DNA of 64,000 bases from Bacteroidota bacterium (GCA_016718875.1 JADKBL010000003.1:199027-263026), one strand, 5' to 3'; positions 29,023 to 38,494 are shown, numbered from the stretch's first letter. The notes: a model not told the origin generated them from the sequence alone. Translations and numbers: made by a program.

Positions 29023-30156
29023 ATGAAGAAGTTAATCTTTTTACTAATAAGCCTGTTTCTGATCGAAGCAGTAAGCGGCCAGGAGATGTACAGGCTGCCG
29101 GAAAATACTTCAACCAGATGGGCAAGTGCCGAGAACTGGAAAGCAGAAAAAGGCAAGGGAGGAATGAGAAACGGCGGACGGAAGGGTTCTCCATGTTATA
29201 CACTTAAAGCCGGGGCAACACAGATACTCGCTGAATCATCCGGTTCGGCCGGCATAGTAAGAAGGATATGGATTACAATCGACAAACGTACACCAAAAAC
29301 GCTCAGAGGTATTAAGCTCGAAATGTTCTGGGATGAAGCCAAAACTCCTGCCGTTTCTGTTCCGCTGGGTGATTTCTTCGGACAGGGACTTGGTGAGATG
29401 AAAGCTTTTGAAAATGACTTTTTCTCAAGTCCTGAAGGGAGAAGCTTCAACTGCTTTATCCCGATGCCTTTCAGAAAAAGCATGAAAATACAGGTCACAA
29501 ATATCAGCGATGAAAATATTGTGATGTTCTATGATGTAGATTATACCCTGGGCGACAAGCTTGATAAGGATGTCCTCTATTTTCATGCCTTCTTCAATCA
29601 TCAGGAAAAGACAATTCCCCGATCTGACTATGAAATTATTCCGAAACTAAACGGAAGGGGCCGTTTTCTGGGAGTGAACTTCAGTGTGATAGCAAATATG
29701 AATAATTATCTGACAACCTGGTGGGGAGAAGGTGAAGTAAAAATGTATGTTGACGGCGACACAGATTACCCTTCACTCAGCGGAACAGGGACTGAAGATT
29801 ATATTGGAACAGGATACGGACTGGGTGAATACTGTCACCGCTACCAGGGTTGTACTTTTGCTGATCATAAGGGCATGCGATTTGCTTTTTACCGCTACCA
29901 TGTTCCCGATCCCGTAATATTTTACAGTGATCTGAAAGTTACAATCCAGCAGATCGGTTTTACAACAGACAAGAAAGTTATGGAACAACTATCCGGACTG
30001 GGTAAGCCAATAATAGCCACAGGTGAAAAACCGGAACCAATCGACTTTTCAGTCCCCCATAATTATATAATGTTTGAGAGAAGTGATGACTATGCAAGCT
30101 GCGCCTATTTCTATCTTTCTGAACCGGAGAATAAACTTGTAAGGCAGCCATTCTGA
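29023..30156 (+). CDS. DUF2961 / GH172-like glycoside hydrolase
   Basis: 377 aa with a signal peptide and a double jelly-roll-like sequence containing GTGTEDYIGTGYG, as in DUF2961 proteins. Confidence 0.7.
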   Translation: MKKLIFLLISLFLIEAVSGQEMYRLPENTSTRWASAENWKAEKGKGGMRNGGRKGSPCYTLKAGATQILAESSGSAGIVRRIWITIDKRTPKTLRGIKLEMFWDEAKTPAVSVPLGDFFGQGLGEMKAFENDFFSSPEGRSFNCFIPMPFRKSMKIQVTNISDENIVMFYDVDYTLGDKLDKDVLYFHAFFNHQEKTIPRSDYEIIPKLNGRGRFLGVNFSVIANMNNYLTTWWGEGEVKMYVDGDTDYPSLSGTGTEDYIGTGYGLGEYCHRYQGCTFADHKGMRFAFYRYHVPDPVIFYSDLKVTIQQIGFTTDKKVMEQLSGLGKPIIATGEKPEPIDFSVPHNYIMFERSDDYASCAYFYLSEPENKLVRQPF

Positions 30157-30179
30157 TAAAAAGGTAATCCTGAATGGGG

Positions 30180-30244
30180 ATCTGAGTTACTCCGGATTAC
30201 CAACAGGCAGATTGCTTTGTCCCGCCCCGGCGGGACAAAGCAAT
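30180..30244. repeat. 36-nt conserved core followed by a 14-bp GC-rich hairpin (copy 1)
   Basis: The core is ATCTGAGTTACTCCGGATTACCAACAGGCAGATTGC. The hairpin is ATTGCTTTGTCCCG...CGGGACAAAGCAAT. Copy 2 is at 31508-31577. Confidence 0.8.
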
Positions 30245-30599
30245 GACCTTAGCGGCATCAGGCTGCGTCTGCGCCCTCTGCTTCAGCTTTTCCGCATTTT
30301 TATTTCCCCCTTTTTTTTTCCTTCCCGTTTCTTAAATTTGTACAATTATTTTGGGGTACTATACTGAGGAGACACTTTGATGAGGCTTTGACTGCTTTGT
30401 TGGTGATGAATATTTAGGAGTTACTAATTGTAGAAATCAATAAAGGAAAATTATTTCTCTGGAATTAAGAATATGATTTTCACATCTCTCTAACTATCTT
30501 GGACGGGCTCTTTCAGTGAGATTTCAAGATAAGTACAGATACTTAGAATCCATAATTTTACACTAACTTCAGAACCTATCATTTAATCTCTAAACGTTA

Positions 30600-31275
30600 A
30601 AGTATGAGGACATGTCGAAAGGGCAAAACTTTTATGAGATGCTAGACGTCTTATACATTTTGACACTATAATGTTCATAAAATTGACCCTGAAGCTATAA
30701 AGGAGGATCCTGACTTCTTTATGGCAAATTACCAATTAGGTATGTACTTTGTTACCAGGGGATATGATAACCCTAAATTCAGAGATGAGAATGCGGTCAA
30801 GTCAAACAAATTGAGTAAGGAGGTGTACTTAAAGATTGTATGTCAAATTTATTTATCATGAGACAAAACAATGATCTTATTCGAATTGATAAGCCTGACG
30901 ACATAAAAAAGGGAGTTATAATAATGGGAAAAACTTCTTAAATTATATCCCAACGATATTAATGCTTATTTTCAATTATTTATTTTCAAAGAATTGTTTA
31001 ATGACCTTGAAGGTCAAATAATAACCTTAAATGCCGCACTTAAAATAACACAAAATCCAGCTTTTTATTATTGGAAACTTGGATATGCAAATTTGTACCT
31101 TGAGATGCTGAGCTTTGTTTTGAAGGAGGTGTGATTTAAAATGCTTAGAAAGTTTAGAATGCCAACAAAATAGATACCTTATGGAGCTATAAAAAAGCAT
31201 TAAACGCAAAAGAACTTCTATTGACAACAGTCGTGGACATTGACAGGAATGTTTACAAAACAGTTAAATGGATTA
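30600..31275 (+). pseudogene. Gene debris: TPR-like and FISUMP-like fragments with stops and frame changes
   Basis: Short plus-strand readings include KIDPEAIKEDPDFFMANYQLGMYFVTRGYD, YPNDINAYFQLFIFKE...AFYYWKLGYANLYLEM and TTVVDIDRNVYKTVKW (compare the Fibrobacter-type paralogous domain motif DIDGNVYKTVKIG). None lies in an ORF of meaningful length. Confidence 0.35.
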
Positions 31276-31507
31276 GGGGGGTAGGGACGGGGGGGGGCTC
31301 TGTGGGAGATTTTTTTATGCAGATCTCTCTTGTTAACCACTCCCCTCTGAGGTTTGTAAAAGTTCATTGGAGCATGGGAACGGTTCTGTCAAGACTTGCC
31401 TGTTCCCGGTCGCATTGGTTTACCCTTTATATTTGCGTATTCAAATTCAGAATCGCTATTAAAGGCAATTGTTTGGGAAAAGAAAGCCAGCAAATTCGTA
31501 ACTTAGT

Positions 31508-31577
31508 ATCTGAGTTACTCGCGATTACCATCAGGCAGATTGCGAGTCAGGCTTCGGCTTCGCTCAGCCTGACTCGC
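31508..31577. repeat. 36-nt conserved core followed by an 11-bp hairpin (copy 2)
   Basis: The core is ATCTGAGTTACTCGCGATTACCATCAGGCAGATTGC, matching copy 1 at 33 of 36 positions. The hairpin is GCGAGTCAGGC-TTCGGCTTCGCTCA-GCCTGACTCGC. Confidence 0.8.
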
Positions 31578-31680
31578 CTCCAAGTATGTTAAAAACCCTA
31601 AAAAAACTCCATATCCCGTTCCGGCTGTGTAATTATTCCATTATTTGTCTTTAGTTTTATATCCCGAACAAAATTCAGTA

Positions 31681-32085
31681 ATGCGAAATTACCTTATTAC
31701 ATCACATGGTTACTTTGCTGCAAAAATACTCTACAGACTTGAAATTATTGCAGGAAAAAATAAAAACATAAAAACTATTGAAGCATATACCGATGGCAAT
31801 AAGTCAATTGACGGGCAGATTGACAGTGTTATTGAAAAACTTGACAGCAGCGATGAACTCATCATCTTCACCGATCTTATGGGAGGCAGTATTACCAATC
31901 AGCTTCTCAAATACACTCTCAGGAAAAACACCTATATAGTTTCCGGCGTCAACCTGCCACTTCTGCTCGATATTACTCTTGCTGAAACAGATATTCCTGC
32001 TTCAGAAGTAATAGAAGCAGCAATTGAAAATGCCAGGGAACAGATCCTTTTCGTCAATAAACTAATACCTCCTTCAAATGATTAA
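31681..32085 (+). CDS. PTS mannose/sorbose-family EIIA component
   Basis: The N-terminus MRNYLITSHGYFA carries the phospho-His in the SHG context, and the length is that of a PTS_EIIA_4 domain. I place the start at the ATG at 31681. The ORF-track start at 31645 is a TTG. Confidence 0.85.
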   Translation: MRNYLITSHGYFAAKILYRLEIIAGKNKNIKTIEAYTDGNKSIDGQIDSVIEKLDSSDELIIFTDLMGGSITNQLLKYTLRKNTYIVSGVNLPLLLDITLAETDIPASEVIEAAIENAREQILFVNKLIPPSND

Positions 32086-32569
32086 ACTGACCAGGATAGA
32101 TGACCGTTTTGTCCATGGACAGGTCTCGTTCACCTGGGTTCCGTCCCTTGAAATCAATTGCCTCGTGGTTGCAAATGATAAAATTGCGGCTGATGAGTTT
32201 CAGAAAATGGCCTTCAATCTTGCCAAGCCACCTGCTGCAAAACTGCTGATATTCACAATAAATGAGGCCATTGCTTTTCTTAATGATCCGAAAAGTAAAA
32301 ATGCTAAAATAATGATCCTCGTAAACAGTGTCGGTGATGCCTTCAGGCTGACACAGGAGGTGAGGGAAATCCAGTCAGTAAACTTCGGGGGAATTAGAAT
32401 GAAGCCGGGAGCAAAACTTATAACCAAAGCCGTGGCTGTCGATGATAATGATATCAGTATAATTAAACTGCTTCTTGAGAGCTGTATAGAACTTGAAGTG
32501 AGGCAGGTGCCGGGCGACAAGAAACAACTGATGGCAAACTTATTGCAATTACAGGCAGACCAGATATGA
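32078..32569 (+). CDS. PTS mannose/sorbose-family EIIB component
   Basis: MIKLTRIDDRFVHGQV contains the active-site His motif RIDDRxxHGQV. It overlaps the IIA stop by 8 nt. Confidence 0.9.
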   Translation: MIKLTRIDDRFVHGQVSFTWVPSLEINCLVVANDKIAADEFQKMAFNLAKPPAAKLLIFTINEAIAFLNDPKSKNAKIMILVNSVGDAFRLTQEVREIQSVNFGGIRMKPGAKLITKAVAVDDNDISIIKLLLESCIELEVRQVPGDKKQLMANLLQLQADQI

Positions 32570-34149
32570 CAGCAGCCTTCCTTCTGATAACAGCAATTGT
32601 AATGTTCGGCCATATGGAGGATTTCCTCGGGGCCGCACTCCTCAGCAGGCCTCTCGTTCTGGGACCCCTCGTAGGTATTGTACTCGGCGATCCTGTCCAG
32701 GGGATAATCATTGGAGCTACCCTGGAACTTATCTTCATGGGAAACATAAAAGTCGGCGCGGCAATCCCTCCCGATGTAATTACCGGGGGTGTACTGGGAA
32801 CTGCATTTGCTATAATGTCAGGCAAAGGTGCTGAGATTGCCCTCGCAATTGCTGTTCCGGTGTCGATACTTGCCGAAATGGTAATCAGCGGATTGTTTGT
32901 CCTCCGGCCTGTCCTCAGCAGCAGGTTTGAAAAATATGCTGAAGAAGGAAATTACAGGGGAATTGAGATCCTGCATGTAGCATCTGGGCTTACGAAGCCT
33001 CTGCTGATGGGGATTCTCACATTTCTTGCCCTTGTTCTTGGAGACCAGGTCATGAAATCATTTCTCGATTCAATTCCTCCATGGGTGCAGTCGGGTCTGC
33101 AGGTGGCCGGTAATATGCTCCCCGCAGCAGGATTTGCCCTTCTTATGAACCTGATGTTCAACAAAAAGGTTGCCGCATACTTTTTCCTGGGATTCATCCT
33201 GGCAAGCTATCTGAAACTTCCGATGATAGCAATCGGTGGTCTTGGAGTAATACTGGCACTTATCATTACAGAGCTTTCAAATAAAACAAAAGTTACAGAC
33301 GATTATGAATTTGAGGAGGAACCTGAAGTTGCCGCAGGGGAGGTTAAAAGTCCGGTTACAAAAGGTGATATCCGTAAAGTTTTTTTCAGATCGCTGGCTC
33401 TCGAGGCCAACTTCAATTTTGAGACCTGGCAGAACACAGGTTTTGCATTCTCAATAATACCTGTCCTTAAAAAACTTTACAAAACAAAGGAACAGATGTC
33501 TGCTGCACTGAAGAGGCATTTACAGTTCTTCAACACTACTGCTCACGGATCAACGCTGATAATGGGAATAACAGCAGCTATGGAAGAACAAAATTCCCGG
33601 AAGGAGGATTTTGATACTGAATCGATAAATGCAGTAAAATCAGGACTGATGGGACCGCTTGCAGGAGTTTTCGATTCTCTCTTCTGGGGCACGCTGAAAG
33701 TGATCGCCGCAGGTGTAGGTATCTCACTTGCAATAAACGGAAATATCCTCGGCCCGATTCTCTTTATACTTGTATTCAACATACCTCATATTGCTCTCAG
33801 GTACAACCTTGCCTTTATCGGATATAATACCGGTAACAGGTTTCTGCAGAACCTCGCCAAAAGCGGAATAATGGATAAGCTGACTACCGGAGCGACAATC
33901 CTCGGACTTATGGTAATAGGCGCCATGCCGGCAACACTGATGCCGGTAAGCACCCCGATAATGATAGGCACGTCAGGATCAGAGGTCGCCCTGCAGGGAA
34001 TTCTCGATCAGCTGGTTCCCGGCCTTCTGCCGCTTGCTCTCACTTTCCTTACATTCTATTTTGTAAGGAGAAATGTAAAGACAATATGGCTCCTCCTGGG
34101 CATACTTGCCCTGGGTTTTACAGGAAGCATCCTTCATATATTTGCCTGA
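32566..34149 (+). CDS. Fused PTS mannose-family EIIC-EIID membrane component
   Basis: 527 aa. Residues 1-245 are IIC-like multi-TM sequence. An acidic linker (DDYEFEEEPEVAAGE) follows. The IID-like part reads ITKGDIRKVFFRSLALEANFNFETWQNTGFAFSIIPVLKKLY...LKRHLQFFNTTAHG. There is an ATGA overlap with IIB. Confidence 0.85.
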   Translation: MTAAFLLITAIVMFGHMEDFLGAALLSRPLVLGPLVGIVLGDPVQGIIIGATLELIFMGNIKVGAAIPPDVITGGVLGTAFAIMSGKGAEIALAIAVPVSILAEMVISGLFVLRPVLSSRFEKYAEEGNYRGIEILHVASGLTKPLLMGILTFLALVLGDQVMKSFLDSIPPWVQSGLQVAGNMLPAAGFALLMNLMFNKKVAAYFFLGFILASYLKLPMIAIGGLGVILALIITELSNKTKVTDDYEFEEEPEVAAGEVKSPVTKGDIRKVFFRSLALEANFNFETWQNTGFAFSIIPVLKKLYKTKEQMSAALKRHLQFFNTTAHGSTLIMGITAAMEEQNSRKEDFDTESINAVKSGLMGPLAGVFDSLFWGTLKVIAAGVGISLAINGNILGPILFILVFNIPHIALRYNLAFIGYNTGNRFLQNLAKSGIMDKLTTGATILGLMVIGAMPATLMPVSTPIMIGTSGSEVALQGILDQLVPGLLPLALTFLTFYFVRRNVKTIWLLLGILALGFTGSILHIFA

Positions 34150-34154
34150 TTAAC

Positions 34155-35867
34155 ATGAAAGGAACAGGCGTCTCTCCGGGTATTTCAATCGGCACTGCTT
34201 ATGTGATCAGGAAGGCTCCTGCCGTCAATGCCATTACGAATACAATTGAGGAAAAAGACAAGCCTGCTGAGATCAGTAATTTCGACAAGGCAGTAAAGGA
34301 GGCAACAGGTGAAGTAAACAGGATCATTGATCTGAACAGATCCAGATTTAAACCGGAAGATATTGCCATACTTGAGACGCAGACGGAGTTTATCGGGGAT
34401 TCACAGATAAGGTCAGATGTACAGGATAAGATCCTGAATGAAAACCTTCCCGCAGTTGTGGCTGTAAGAGAGGTTATACAATCGATGGTGCAGATGTTCG
34501 GTGAAATGGATGATGAGTACCTCCGGGCACGAAGAACTGATATTCAGGATGCAGGAAAAAGGATCATTAAGCATCTTTTAAAGGATGATAGTGAGTCAGC
34601 CAGGCGCTATACTGAAAACACAATCTTAATTGCTGAGGACATCTCCCCTACAGATGCACTTTCAATAGACACCAGTCTTATATCAGGAATAGCCACAGTT
34701 GAAGGTGGCAGAACCTCACATGCTGCCATAATTGCCCGGTCGAGAGGAATACCTGCTGTTGCCGGCTGCGGCCCAACGCTTATGGAAATTGCTGATAACG
34801 ATACAATAATTCTGGACGGATCAACGGGCGATATTTTAGTGAATCCGGATAATCATAAAATTGAAGAATACAGAAAAAAGAAGAAGATATCTGACCGGGA
34901 GAGTGAATCCCTGAAGCTGATCCGCGATAAGCCTGCAATAACTAAAGACGGAAGAAAAATCCACCTTTTGGGAAATATAAGCAGTCATACCGAGCTTGAA
35001 CATCTCTTTGAGTGCGGCGGAGAAGGTGTCGGATTGCTCCGTACCGAGCTTTTCTTCATGCAGCATGAAAAGCTTCCGTCAGAGGAAGAACAGTTTGAGT
35101 TTTACCTGCAGGTTGCCATAACGGCCGGCAAAAAGCCTGTTATAGTACGCACTCTCGATATAGGAGGTGATAAACAGGTACCGTTCCTCAGTATCCCTGC
35201 AGAGAGTAATCCATTTCTCGGATATCGTGCAATACGCATATCCCTCGACAGAACTGATATTTTCCTGACCCAGATCAGGGCAATCCTGAGAGCATCAGTA
35301 TACGGCAATCTGAAAATCATGCTTCCGATGGTATCATGCCTTGACGAACTGAAGGCAGCGAAAACGCTAATTAAAAAAGCTGAATCAGAGCTATCAGATT
35401 CAGGTATAAGGTACAACAGCAAAATTGAAACAGGGATAATGCTTGAGATTCCCAGTGCTGCACTGATGACAGGAATGCTTTCGAAAGAGTCTGATTTCTT
35501 CAGCATAGGTACAAACGACTTATGCCAGTACACAATGGCTGTTGACAGGATGAACAGAAAAGTTGCTTCCTTGTACGATCATTTTAATCCGGGTTTTCTG
35601 CGTCTGCTTAAGACAGCAATTGATCAGGCACACGAGAAAGGAAAATCTGTTGGAATGTGCGGTGAAATGTCTTCAGATCCCCTTGCAGTAATTTTGCTGC
35701 TGGGAATGGGTCTTGATGAATTTTCAATGCCTGCATCTTCAATTCCTGTTGTAAAGCAGATTATCAACAAGGTTGATTATAAGGATGCGAAAGAGATTTA
35801 CAACATAGCAATGACAATGGAAAGTTCCTCAGAAATAAGGGAGTATTTACAGGAAAAATCAAAATGA
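34155..35867 (+). CDS. ptsI: Phosphoenolpyruvate-protein phosphotransferase (PTS Enzyme I)
   Basis: Contains the phospho-His region GGRTSHAAIIARSRGIPAV and the PEP-utilising motif GTNDLCQY. I place the start at MKGTGVSPGISIG (34155). The ORF-track start at 34086 lies inside IICD in another frame. Confidence 0.93.
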   Translation: MKGTGVSPGISIGTAYVIRKAPAVNAITNTIEEKDKPAEISNFDKAVKEATGEVNRIIDLNRSRFKPEDIAILETQTEFIGDSQIRSDVQDKILNENLPAVVAVREVIQSMVQMFGEMDDEYLRARRTDIQDAGKRIIKHLLKDDSESARRYTENTILIAEDISPTDALSIDTSLISGIATVEGGRTSHAAIIARSRGIPAVAGCGPTLMEIADNDTIILDGSTGDILVNPDNHKIEEYRKKKKISDRESESLKLIRDKPAITKDGRKIHLLGNISSHTELEHLFECGGEGVGLLRTELFFMQHEKLPSEEEQFEFYLQVAITAGKKPVIVRTLDIGGDKQVPFLSIPAESNPFLGYRAIRISLDRTDIFLTQIRAILRASVYGNLKIMLPMVSCLDELKAAKTLIKKAESELSDSGIRYNSKIETGIMLEIPSAALMTGMLSKESDFFSIGTNDLCQYTMAVDRMNRKVASLYDHFNPGFLRLLKTAIDQAHEKGKSVGMCGEMSSDPLAVILLLGMGLDEFSMPASSIPVVKQIINKVDYKDAKEIYNIAMTMESSSEIREYLQEKSK

Positions 35868-36130
35868 TAAAAAGAGACTTTATAATTATCGATCCGCTTG
35901 GCATGCATGCACGTCCGGCCACAGCACTGATCAAGCTGGCACGAAACTTCAGCTCGCTTATTACAATTCAGAAGAATGGCAGGTCAGTTCCCTTAAAAAG
36001 TATGGTGAACATTCTGAGCCTGGCTATAAAGGCAGGGGAGAGTGTTACAATTATAACAGAAGGTGAAGATGAATCTGTTGCCATGGAAGCAATGGATCAC
36101 TTTTTTACGGAAGAGATGAAGAACTTTTAA
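35864..36130 (+). CDS. ptsH: Phosphocarrier protein HPr
   Basis: 88 aa with the His15 motif GMHARPA and a Ser46-type LKSMVNILSL. There is an ATGA overlap with ptsI. Confidence 0.9.
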   Translation: MIKRDFIIIDPLGMHARPATALIKLARNFSSLITIQKNGRSVPLKSMVNILSLAIKAGESVTIITEGEDESVAMEAMDHFFTEEMKNF

Positions 36131-36142
36131 TACTCAAAGACA

Positions 36143-36880
36143 ATGAAAATAACAATAACAGCCACTGAAAGGGATTTTGATATTGCTGCAGCATGGAGGA
36201 TAATCACTCAGATGCTCCTGAAATCAGACTCAGTAATAGGGTTGTCAACCGGACAGACAACTATCGGGATGCACAGAGTAGTATCAGAGATATTCAGGCA
36301 GTACCCGTTTGATGTATCACGTATCACGCTTTTCAACGTGGATGAGCTGACTAATCTGCCGCGTGAATATTCAGGCAGCTGTTATACAATGATCAAAACC
36401 CAGCTGGCTGATCCCCTTGGTATTCCTGAGGAAAATTTCATTATGCCTCCGACAATGTCTGACAATTTTGAGGCGGAATGCATATTATTTGAAAAAAGGC
36501 TTGCTGAACGCGGAGGGGCTGATCTGCAGATGCTTGGCATTGGCTCAAACGGTCATATTGGCATCAATCAGCCGGGAACTCCCTTTGAAAGTGAGACATG
36601 GGTGTCGCCAATGGATCCTGATTTCGAGGCACGTGTCCGCCGCGAAACAAATGTATTACCGGAAACAGTACTCGGGGGATTAACAAGGGGAATCAAAAAT
36701 ATCATGTACACCCGCAAGCTTATTCTTGTAGCCAAGGGAGCACATAAGGCTGAAATCATCAAAAAGGCTGTACTCGGTCCGGTAACAACAGATATTCCTG
36801 CATCAGTTGTTCAGCTTCACCCTGATTGTGAAATTTTACTTGATGCAGCTGCAGCCTCACAAATAACCGGGAAATTTTAA
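36143..36880 (+). CDS. Glucosamine/galactosamine-6-phosphate deaminase-isomerase (NagB/AgaI family)
   Basis: 245 aa containing GLSTGQTTIGMH, FNVDE and LGIGSNGHIGINQPG, as in the NagB family. Confidence 0.85.
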   Translation: MKITITATERDFDIAAAWRIITQMLLKSDSVIGLSTGQTTIGMHRVVSEIFRQYPFDVSRITLFNVDELTNLPREYSGSCYTMIKTQLADPLGIPEENFIMPPTMSDNFEAECILFEKRLAERGGADLQMLGIGSNGHIGINQPGTPFESETWVSPMDPDFEARVRRETNVLPETVLGGLTRGIKNIMYTRKLILVAKGAHKAEIIKKAVLGPVTTDIPASVVQLHPDCEILLDAAAASQITGKF

Positions 36881-36901
36881 AAGGAGTAAATAGAAATCTC
36901 C

Positions 36902-37696
36902 TCACTTCTTCTCAAAGACGTTACCTTTTTTGTCTGTTGCCACCACCCAGCGGAGAGCTGCTATTATAAGCTTATCCTGTGTTGCATCGCCAAAAACGTT
37001 TTCATCATGACCCATGTTTACATAGATCATTCTGTAATCTGTGTTCGTCCAAACTACAGGCAAATCACCGTCGGGAATAATATCTTTTAATCCAAGTGGA
37101 TAATTATCCGGTGAAAGTGATACAAGTACTTTGATATTCTTTTTTTCTCTTGGACTTGGTTTCCACTGGTACCATTCGTTGATAGGTGAAATAAACGTTT
37201 CAGGCAATCCTTTGGTTACAGGATGATTAAGATCGTCAAACGTCACCTTTGCAGGCATAGGAGGCCAGTTGTTACGGTAAAAAACTCCGCCGCCCAGAAA
37301 ATCGAGCAGCCATGGCCATTTGGTATTCTTGTCGTTATAGGCAGCAACATGAAAACCAAACCAGCCGCCACCGTTTTCCATATATTTCTGAAATGCTTCC
37401 CTCTGTGCAGGACTGTGAGGAAAATCGTTAAGCATCATAACGAGTGAATAATCCTTAAGCTTTTCATCATTCAGATCAGCCATATTGCTTGTGGTATCGA
37501 ATACAAATCCGTTACCCTTGGTCAGATCTTTAAAAAAGAAAACAGCTGCTTTTGCAAAATCAACATGGTCTTTCTCAACCCTGTTTGAATAGAATGCAAG
37601 TACTTTAAACCTTGGAAACTGTGCATTCACTGCAACGCTTAAACACAGCATCAAAACTGATAAAAATAAAAGTCTGTTAATCTTCATAATTTTCAA
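36902..37696 (-). CDS. Secreted ThuA-like domain protein (paralog 1)
   Basis: 264 aa with a signal peptide and ThuA-like blocks GGGWFGFHVAAY, HPVTKGLP, NEWYQW and LPVVWTN...YVNMGHD. Confidence 0.72.
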   Translation of the reverse strand: MKIMKINRLLFLSVLMLCLSVAVNAQFPRFKVLAFYSNRVEKDHVDFAKAAVFFFKDLTKGNGFVFDTTSNMADLNDEKLKDYSLVMMLNDFPHSPAQREAFQKYMENGGGWFGFHVAAYNDKNTKWPWLLDFLGGGVFYRNNWPPMPAKVTFDDLNHPVTKGLPETFISPINEWYQWKPSPREKKNIKVLVSLSPDNYPLGLKDIIPDGDLPVVWTNTDYRMIYVNMGHDENVFGDATQDKLIIAALRWVVATDKKGNVFEKK

Positions 37697-37717
37697 TTAA
37701 ACATTAACCATTTACCA

Positions 37718-38494
37718 TTATTCCCCCGAAGTCCACTGAATAGCATTTGAAAACATCCTTGTAAAATCTTTTGACTGAAGCAGTGATCCGTCATGACCCA
37801 TCAGGAAATATACATTCCTTGCTTTCATCTTCGGATTTACCCAAACAACAGGGTGATCGCCCATTTTTATATCTGATGGAGGATTGTAGCTTGATTCATC
37901 AACAGTTGCCAGCACTTGAACATTGGGTCGCGGACTCTTATTATAAGTGTACCATTCGTCATTATCAAGAACAAATGAGCCGGCAACACCTTTCATTACA
38001 GGATGTTTCAGGTTTTCAATAACCACTTTGCCTGATGCCTTGGCGGCAATATAATTATCGAAACGTATTCCGCCCATGAAATCGGAGAACCAGTTCCACA
38101 TCGGGTAACCATCAAACTCCCCGAGAAGGGTGGCATGATGGAAACCAACCCATCCTCCCCTTCCCTCTTCAATATATTTAACAAAGGCCGACATTGCTTT
38201 TTCGGGCCAGGTGTAAGGAGGATAGTCAAGCTGTATGAATACCTTGTAATTCTTCAGATACTCCTCATCGATCACATTTGCCTTGTTGATCACCGTAATT
38301 CCGAGGTTGTTTTCAGCAGCATATTTCCCGAGCCAGTCGAGCGCTGCAGCAGCGAAACTTTCATGCTGGCCTCCTCTCTCAGTAAGAACAAGTATTTTGA
38401 AAGCCGGCTCCTTTGCATTCATCTTTCCCGGGAGCAGAATAAAAAAGGCTGCAAGCAGAAGTGTTGTGATTGCTTTTGACAGATTGATTTTCAT
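37718..38494 (-). CDS. Secreted ThuA-like domain protein (paralog 2)
   Basis: 258 aa with a signal peptide and blocks GGWVGFHHATL, HPVMKGV, DEWYTYNKSPR and DHPVVWVN...YFLMGHD. It aligns by eye with residues ~1000-1225 of the upstream giant protein. Confidence 0.72.
   Translation of the reverse strand: MKINLSKAITTLLLAAFFILLPGKMNAKEPAFKILVLTERGGQHESFAAAALDWLGKYAAENNLGITVINKANVIDEEYLKNYKVFIQLDYPPYTWPEKAMSAFVKYIEEGRGGWVGFHHATLLGEFDGYPMWNWFSDFMGGIRFDNYIAAKASGKVVIENLKHPVMKGVAGSFVLDNDEWYTYNKSPRPNVQVLATVDESSYNPPSDIKMGDHPVVWVNPKMKARNVYFLMGHDGSLLQSKDFTRMFSNAIQWTSGE

Noticed and set aside
31221-31592. 123-aa ORF in the debris region
   Set aside because: It spans the G-tract and the repeat/hairpin at 31508-31577 and has no motif support or plausible start context. 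Only its first ~18 codons resemble a FISUMP fragment.
34086-34154. ptsI start at 34086 overlapping the IIC-IID gene
   Set aside because: The conserved EI N-terminus (MKGTGVSPGISIG) starts at 34155, just after the IICD stop. The upstream codons are an out-of-frame read-through of IID.
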